Shown: piece by piece, positions 57,898-64,000 of the stretch
Layout: the number at the start of each line of letters is the position of its first letter
Position numbering within the stretch: the stretch's first letter is position 1
Virus record (IMG/VR): IMGVR_UViG_3300010348_001841
Direction: 5' to 3' (one strand)
DNA: 64,000 bases
Source: a virus
Taxonomy: Duplodnaviria; Caudoviricetes
Program-made: the position numbers and the translations under genes
The notes under the pieces: generated by a model
Told to the model about the DNA's origin: nothing
What the model saw: only the letters and a program-made list of their open reading frames with translations
The model's database searches: none

Positions 57898-59616
57898 TCA
57901 ATTTGAGTTACCGAGTCCTTCATAATCGGTCTTAGGTTCCCTAACATCTAGCTCGCCAAAGGTAAGGCGCAATAATAGATAATGTTCCTCTGTGTCAATC
58001 CAGATCCCATGAGGGAATGTCTTTCCTATAATATATTCCCATCGCCAACTCTCATCAAATGCACCAACTGTTAACAATAACCAACTATTGACTTGATAAT
58101 ACAGGTCCCACAGCCTACTTGGTTCTGTCCTTGCTAATGTTCTATCTAGATCAATAAAGTAGTATTTAAGTGTCACACTGGAAACTTTAGCCGGAAGGCA
58201 GTAGCATCCTCTTTTGACCTAAAAATAATGCGTCCGGGAATATCAACCCCTCGGACGCATATTGTGGATGAATAATCAAATCTCCATCGCTCTCTTGGTA
58301 TGTGCTCGAAGCACCATTCTTCTACCAACCTATAAATGTCAAATGCATTAGTATCATTCTTCAATACATCAATCATTTTATAGTCCGGCATTGGGTACCT
58401 CACATAATTCGATTATTTATCTCCCATCGCCTATATCAAAACGTAAACGAAATGCTACCGCATCCTCATCTCGTGTAAAATAGATTCCGCGTGGTACGCC
58501 ATCACTAGAATATCTTGTCAGTGACCAAGCCCAATCTTTGACTTCGAGACTCTTTCTTGCATCATATTCTTCCCCGACATTAGCCAATAACCAATCCTTA
58601 AAAACTTTTTGCAGTTCGAATTGTTGCTTGGTACCGGTTACCTCATTATACAGGGAATTAAGATACTGGAACTTCATCCTTCCACTCCTCTGCTATGGTG
58701 CCACCAAATGTCAACATAAACATTAGGTCCAGTCCCTTCGGTAAGGCCACAAGAGTTAAATTACACAATCCGTATGCCTTTAAATCTTCATCAGTGAAGG
58801 GATTATATCCTTGAGACCTGCACCATGCGACATATTTCTTATAATTCAATGGCTCCGACAGCCCTGTAGTATCAATTCTTGTTAGCATTTTATAGAAGTT
58901 CAAATTTTAGGAGTGCAATTGCTGCATCTTCACGTTCAAGAATAATTCCACAAATATAATTATATGCCGCCGAACGCATCCAATCAAAGAGAATGTCATT
59001 CTCTTTGCACCACATGGCCAGCCCACCGATATCAGGATCGATTGTCTTGAACTTTATCTTCACAGGATCCTTGAAGCAGTCCTCGATTTTATATGCCATT
59101 AATGGATCAATCTTCATGTGCAACACAATTTGAAAAGTAGTAGATCTTCCTCATACCTAAAACAGATATCGAAAGGAGTTTCAGTATATTCACCGTAGTA
59201 ACGCCAATTATTTGCACCAACGTGCTTATTACACCAATCTATCAGTTCGCGAACCTTCCTCCAACGCTCGACTCCAGCACTATAATGTTCTAAAACCAAA
59301 TTGGTTCGATAGAGCATCATGATAGTTCCCTAAACATCAAAACAAACATGAGTGCATCCTCTTCAGACATAGTTACACCGACAATATAGTCATTGTAATC
59401 GGGGTCGTCAATTGATCTATAACCTAAATAAGAAACATTGTATTCGTACAGTTCGCAATTCTGTTCTATCCAGGGCCTAAACCTATCTATATACTGTCTG
59501 CGCTCAGTAAATTCAAATTTGGTAAAGGAAACATACTTAAAATCGGGTCGGCGGTAGAGCGGTTCCCTAGTCGGAGGCGTAGCCGACGCGCCGAAAAGCA
59601 CATTTTCTTTATTCAT
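57898..59616 (-). CDS. Seven tandem small paralogues of the EDA-F-L family: 57898-58176, 58173-58403, 58417-58677, 58658-58903, 58890-59126, 59114-59320, 59317-59616
   Basis: Each has a central helix with a Trp (WL, WC, WI) and a C-terminal motif such as FRSKEDATAFRLKF, FTRDEDAVAFRLRF or FRYEEDLLLFKL. Confidence 0.75.
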
Positions 59617-59626
59617 TTATCTACGT

Positions 59627-60016
59627 CTATAATTTCATATCATCGGGCAAATCAGGATTAAATTTACTTTCTAATGCCTCTACCTTCTGTAATAGACTTT
59701 CCATTAATTCCTCATCACCTCTTACTACATCATCAGCAATACCAGTATCGTAATTCAAACAAGGTAAGCCAAGATAATCAAAATCCAAGATACCTAATTC
59801 ATATTTAGGAATTTCTAGCTTAAACAAATTTTTCAATGTAGACGATGTCTCAATAATACTTGCACCGTATCCGTTTTTAAACTTAAAGGTGTAACGCCTC
59901 TTACCCAGGAGTTCGTTATTAAATTCAGCGTACTGATATTTACGGTTTATCAAGAATACAGGAGTACCGGAAAGCCTGGCATAGATTCTGTCTTCGTCGG
60001 TAATTTCTTTTGTCAT
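59627..60016 (-). CDS. Hypothetical protein (FKNGYGASII family) interrupting the array
   Basis: 129 aa; lacks the array motif. Confidence 0.65.
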   Translation of the reverse strand: MTKEITDEDRIYARLSGTPVFLINRKYQYAEFNNELLGKRRYTFKFKNGYGASIIETSSTLKNLFKLEIPKYELGILDFDYLGLPCLNYDTGIADDVVRGDEELMESLLQKVEALESKFNPDLPDDMKL

Positions 60017-62320
60017 ATCAATCTATCACTAAACTTAATTAAAAAGGCTAGGTAATCCTCTTCTTTTCTAAATTTAACCGTGTAACTCTTATTAATTCCA
60101 GAACTAATGCCAAACATCGAAATGTAATCAGTATTCTCAAGTTTAGCATTCTTAGCCCAATCCCAGAGTTCCTCTATCTCTACTCTAACCCTAGAAGAAT
60201 AGGGATACTGCGGATATTGTAAATGGCTACTCATAGTCCAAACCTTAACTTAAAAGCAAGAGCTAATTCCGGATCGACAAAATCGTAGTAAGGTAATTTC
60301 AGAATATAATTTACTACGGTGGAACCATGATTGCCGACATTATCAGTATGCTGTGCAGATGTCTGTAGCTCACCCGGAAAATATTTGTAATCTAGATTTG
60401 CTTCAATATTGTTTTCCTTAAACCAGCCGATGTATTCTGCCTGGTTCGTGTCCTCTTTTTCCAACCAATAGAATGTAAAAGGTAGATATATTCTTGTCAT
60501 ATTTTATGCTTCAGTTTAAAGGCTACAGCATCTTCAGGATGTTCAAATTCGATTCGGTAACTAAAAATAGTTAGACCATTAAGTCTGTGTGGTATCCCAT
60601 CCTCAAGTAACTCTGCACAGAAATCTTCCATTATATTCTGTTCTTCTTCTAATGTACGAGTTTGGTTATTACCTAAATTCCTAAAGTAATCAAAGAACCT
60701 AACCTCTACCATATTATAAACCAAAAGTTAACCTAAATGCCAGGGCATCGGCGGGATCATCAAAAAGAATATAATTAGAATTTATATTCCAACTCCCCGG
60801 AACATTATTTCTTTTTAACCATCCCTCCCAATCCGTTAAGTACATAATATGCCCAGGAAGGATAATAAAACACTGTGTATCCATTATAGTCCAAACGTCA
60901 ACCTAAACAATACCGCTATCTCAGGATTTTCAATGTGTATGGCAATAGGGGTCTTAATAGTTGCACCTTCGTTATCATATTCATTATCATATTCGATATA
61001 ATAATTTTCAAAGACCGGTAACTCTTCTAACCAGATCTCCATATCCCTTATCGTGCTAAAGTATTCTCCCCAAGGCAATCGCGTAATACCTGCATTGTTG
61101 TAAAGCTTTATTACGGGCATATTCAAAACCTAATATGTCCTGTATATCCAGTCTTAGCATACTGCGAGTTTATAGAAAACCTAAGTACAAAAGCAGTCAT
61201 ATCCTCTATATTCTTAAATAGGATAGCAGCACTAAAACTATTGGTAATTGGTTTATCCATAAGCCCCGCAACAACATGCACAATAGATTTCAAATCAGTT
61301 AGTTCTGTCTTCTCATCCGACCAACAAAAATCTACCTTATTGTCTTGTAACCATACAAGCATTTCAGTAATAATCTTCCTAATTTCTAAATTGCCAAGGC
61401 TCTTAGCACAATACATATCAGTAAGATAAAAACAACAATGCGGATAATCCTGACTAAAGTATAACGAATTATTCATCTATACCATTCGTATGTTGTAGTG
61501 TTGAATGCATAAATTTTGAAAGGGGATGCAAGCTTGAAGGCTAGATATGAAGCTTCATTAGGTAATGTAAATCCTACAATAAGATAATTTCTCATCGTAT
61601 CATAAATGTAATCTACTTCGGTGTTGAGATTTCTTCTTACCCAATCGTATACAAATACACCGAATGAATGTGAGATCTTTTCAGCATCATAACTAGGTGG
61701 AATGAATGATTCTATATCTAATTCCATTGAGTTCTGATATACTTGTATCACCATAGCCCCATCCTAATCTCACCGTAATCCACTATAGCTCCGCTGCTCC
61801 GTGAGCCGAAAATTTTAACTTTAAGATCGTATAATCTTCCTCAGTATATACTGCTATACATACAATGTCTTTATTACCATATTGTTCCCACGTTAGATTA
61901 TATCTACCTTTACCGAAAGTATTCAAGAGCTCATCATGCAATTTACCAATGTTTGGAAGAATTCCATTAGCATAGATATCAGTAAAAGTTAGATCGTGAC
62001 GCAGGATAGTATAATTGTAATTCATAATCTGAGATTGTTATTTAAGTACGTAAGGATGAGTTTTGTAAATATTTTCCATACTTCAGTCTTAGCAATGTAG
62101 CATCCTCTTCTGAAGGAACGAATATAACAAGTAGTTCGTTTATTCCAACTGACTCCCAAGCTTCTTGAAATTCCGGAACAGTTTCCTTTAGCTCGGCGAT
62201 GAAGTTTTGGTATTCTTTCTTAAACGTGTCTCTGAAGGCCCCGTAATAATTCTGCATGCAGTAATAGCGAACGAAGTATTTGAATACTACGTAGTACGGA
62301 TATTTTTGTATGTATGCCAT
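60013..62320 (-). CDS. Nine further tandem EDA-F-L paralogues: 60013-60234, 60231-60500, 60497-60712, 60714-60884, 60884-61126, 61123-61476, 61473-61754, 61783-62025, 62042-62320
   Basis: C-termini FRKEEDYLAFLIKF, FVDPELALAFKLRF, FEHPEDAVAFKLK, FDDPADALAFRLTF (56-aa ORF absent from the track), IENPEIAVLFRLTF, FKNIEDMTAFVLRF, LPNEASYLAFKL, YTEEDYTILKLKF, PSEEDATLLRLKY. Confidence 0.75.
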
Positions 62321-62345
62321 TTTGGAATTATTGTGCAGGCGGAAA

Positions 62346-62420
62346 AGTTGCAGAAAAAGTGGCCCTATAGGATAGCCCGGAATAGTTGCAGAAAAATGGC
62401 CCTATAGGATAGCCCGGAAT
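62346..62420. repeat. Tandem direct repeat, 2 x 37-38 bp
   Basis: AGTTGCAGAAAAA(G)TGGCCCTATAGGATAGCCCGGAAT at 62346-62383 and 62384-62420. Confidence 0.95.
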
Positions 62421-62468
62421 TTTTTAGTTGCGGCTTGCCCGCGGTCATTCAGATCCCACCTCCTAAAA

Positions 62469-62531
62469 ATTATACAGGCTGACTGGGATTTGCGCAACCT
62501 TTATTACATCATTTACATTTTGTTACATCTC
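62469..62531 (-). promoter_or_regulatory. Early sigma70 promoter cassette 1, pointing into the paralogue array
   Basis: TTGCGC-17-TATAAT with upstream GAGATGTAACAAAATGTAAATGATGTAA. Confidence 0.8.
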
Positions 62532-62562
62532 AGCTTCTACCTCACTGTGTGTAACAAGATGT

Positions 62563-62580
62563 AAAGGGGCTTGCGCCCCT
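62563..62580 (-). terminator. Terminator hairpin at the GC boundary
   Basis: AGGGGC-GCAA-GCCCCT-TT on the minus strand. Confidence 0.6.
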
Positions 62581-62592
62581 CCGTGTTCTGTG

Positions 62593-62805
62593 TTAGTTCA
62601 CGTAGTCGTTGACGAGTTCCTCCAGCTCACCAATGCTGTCACGCACCACGCCGCACACGTCCGTGACCCCGTGCTCCGTGTATGCCCCCACCGTCTCCAG
62701 CACCTCCGTTGCGTCCGCCATCAGCGCACCCACTTGGTCCAGCAGGGCCCGCGCCGCTTGCAGCTTTGCGAGGGCTTCTTGCTTCTTGCTTTGCACGTTG
62801 CTCAT
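62593..62805 (-). CDS. Small early helical protein
   Basis: Start MSNVQSKK at 62805, after cassette 2; GC-rich codon usage. Confidence 0.65.
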   Translation of the reverse strand: MSNVQSKKQEALAKLQAARALLDQVGALMADATEVLETVGAYTEHGVTDVCGVVRDSIGELEELVNDYVN

Positions 62806-62816
62806 GTTGCGCTTTC

Positions 62817-62889
62817 GTTGTGTTGCAGTGTCTATATAATAGCGCAATGGAGCTCACTGTGCAAGCACATTTACATTTTGTTACATCTC
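62817..62889 (-). promoter_or_regulatory. Early promoter cassette 2
   Basis: GAGATGTAACAAAATGTAAA..TTGCAC-17-TATTAT..ACACTGCAACACAAC. Confidence 0.8.
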
Positions 62890-62991
62890 TCCGGGGAGTG
62901 GTTGAACATTGGTTAGAAGCCCTGTACGCTGTCGCTTCCGTGGGTCGCTACTCTGGTAGCAGGGCTTCTCCGTTTGCTTGCTGTAGGGCCC

Positions 62992-63159
62992 TTACGGGGC
63001 TTCGCTGAACCCCTTGCACCAGCCCAGGCCCCACAGGGTGTGCAGGCGGGTCTTCTCAGGGTACGGGTTCCGCAGGAAGCCTGAGCAGTCAGGCGACTTG
63101 GCACCAATGGCCTCGCCCTTCTGATAGGCCTCCTTCTCCCCTGGGGTTTGCGCTTGCAT
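62992..63159 (-). CDS. Rmf (ribosome modulation factor)-like small protein, 55 aa
   Basis: MQAQTPGEKEAYQKGEAIGAKSPDCSGFLRNPYPEKTRLHTLWGLGWCKGFSEAP contains AY..G...G...NPY...W..GW..G. Below the ORF track's length cut-off. Confidence 0.6.
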   Translation of the reverse strand: MQAQTPGEKEAYQKGEAIGAKSPDCSGFLRNPYPEKTRLHTLWGLGWCKGFSEAP

Positions 63160-63175
63160 GTTGGTGTGCCCTTAC

Positions 63176-63424
63176 TTAGAAGGCGTTCGCCTTCTCGATG
63201 CGCTTCAGCACATCAGCCTTGGTCACGTCCTGGACTTCCTTGGCGCCCAGCATGGCAGTGACTTCCTCCATGGCCTTGGAGATGGCCTCGTTGGCCAGGC
63301 TGCTGAGCGTCACGTAGCGCACCATCGTCTTCTGCGACAGGGCTGCTTCGAAGCCCGCGATGAGCATGAAGCCACGGTTGCGAGCTTGCGGGATGACGCG
63401 GGTGAACAGGGTTCCGATTTGCAT
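63176..63424 (-). CDS. Small early protein
   Basis: Start MQIGTLF at 63424 with SD GGAG, after cassette 3. Confidence 0.65.
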   Translation of the reverse strand: MQIGTLFTRVIPQARNRGFMLIAGFEAALSQKTMVRYVTLSSLANEAISKAMEEVTAMLGAKEVQDVTKADVLKRIEKANAF

Positions 63425-63435
63425 TTCGTTGCTCC

Positions 63436-63498
63436 GTTGTGTTGCAGTGTTGTTACTATAGCGCAGGTTGGATACTGCGTCTACCACTGTTACATCTC
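63436..63498 (-). promoter_or_regulatory. Early promoter cassette 3
   Basis: GAGATGTAACAGTGG-TAGACG-17-TATAGT-AACAACACTGCAACACAAC. Confidence 0.8.
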
Positions 63499-63757
63499 AC
63501 CACACCTCGCACATGTTGGGGAACCGATCCAGGGCCTGGAGGGTGTCCAGGGCGCGATCCGCCGCAGCGTAGGCTTCCGCTTCGCTGTTGAACAAGGGCG
63601 CGCTGCCGCACGTGAAAGCCTTGTACTCGTCGCCCGGGACGCCGCGCCACGTCTCGAAGCACGCAGACCACTTGCCGCTGTTCTTGTCGAACTCCGGGGC
63701 GGCGATGCAGGTGCGGCTGGGGGTACGACCTTGGTGATGCACGTTGCGCTCGATCAT
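63497..63757 (-). CDS. Small early protein
   Basis: 86 aa with SD AAGGAG, after cassette 4. Confidence 0.7.
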   Translation of the reverse strand: MIERNVHHQGRTPSRTCIAAPEFDKNSGKWSACFETWRGVPGDEYKAFTCGSAPLFNSEAEAYAAADRALDTLQALDRFPNMCEVW

Positions 63758-63767
63758 CTTGGGCTCC

Positions 63768-63827
63768 TTGTTGCAGTGTCGTTACTATAGCAAGAAGGAG
63801 TCCTCCTGTCGACCACTGTTACATCTC
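63768..63827 (-). promoter_or_regulatory. Early promoter cassette 4
   Basis: GAGATGTAACAGTGG-TCGACA-17-TATAGT-AACGACACTGCAACAA. Confidence 0.8.
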
Positions 63828-63926
63828 GCGGCCCATGCAGAACATCTCCGCGAAGTCCCACAGGGACCCGTTGTGGCCCTTATACTCATCGAGCAGGGCC
63901 TGCGACCAGGCGTTGTGGAATTCCAT
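63819..63926 (-). CDS. 35-aa early micro-ORF
   Basis: MEFHNAWSQALLDEYKGHNGSLWDFAEMFCMGREM; its stop codon lies inside the GAGATGTAAC box. It follows a partial ORF ending at 63929. Confidence 0.45.
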   Translation of the reverse strand: MEFHNAWSQALLDEYKGHNGSLWDFAEMFCMGREM

Positions 63927-64000
63927 GATCAGCTCAGGCAGTAGTCGACCAGGTCGTAGAAGGTGTCGTACACTTCGCCCGGGCCTTCGATGGCCCCGTC

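Noticed and set aside
62346-63827. Repeats considered as a CRISPR mini-array
   Set aside because: The tandem units abut without spacers, the dispersed repeats are promoter parts separated by genes, and there are no cas genes.
62590-63944. Plus-strand ORFs in the GC-rich island (e.g. 63158-63790)
   Set aside because: All promoters, SD sequences and coherent genes are on the minus strand; high GC content explains the open antisense frames.
1-64000. Alternative genetic code (stop-codon reassignment)
   Set aside because: Core genes are full length under the standard code, including a 3261-aa ORF.

Overview
A 64-kb segment of a large T4-superfamily (jumbo-type) myovirus. From left to right: (1) a minus-strand cluster of paralogous Gly/Thr-rich fibre genes directly downstream of the head module (major capsid, scaffold, protease, core, portal) and a probable tape-measure gene; (2) gp26 with a start-less gp51-like frame reached through a canonical -1 slippery site; (3) a ~730-bp non-coding gap that folds into many helices on the minus strand, a candidate large ncRNA or origin; (4) a GH108 endolysin, Holliday-junction resolvase, gp46/gp47 and a gp55-type late sigma factor; (5) the baseplate module (gp53, gp27-like, gp5 with a C-terminal lysozyme, gp25, gp6, a 3261-aa wedge protein) and a gp37/gp38-like fibre-adhesin pair; (6) an accessory region with a tandem array of 16 small divergent paralogues sharing a W...F-x-x-E-E-D-A-x-x-F-x-L-x-F signature; (7) an abrupt switch near 62.56 kb to GC-rich DNA built from repeated sigma70 promoter cassettes (GAGATGTAAC boxes, ACACTGCAAC leader), including an unannotated Rmf-like ORF. 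Three free-standing homing endonucleases are scattered through the window. The late promoter consensus is (G)ATAAATA. I saw no tRNA, rRNA, CRISPR array, intron or reverse transcriptase. Family assignments come from motif recognition and synteny, not database searches.
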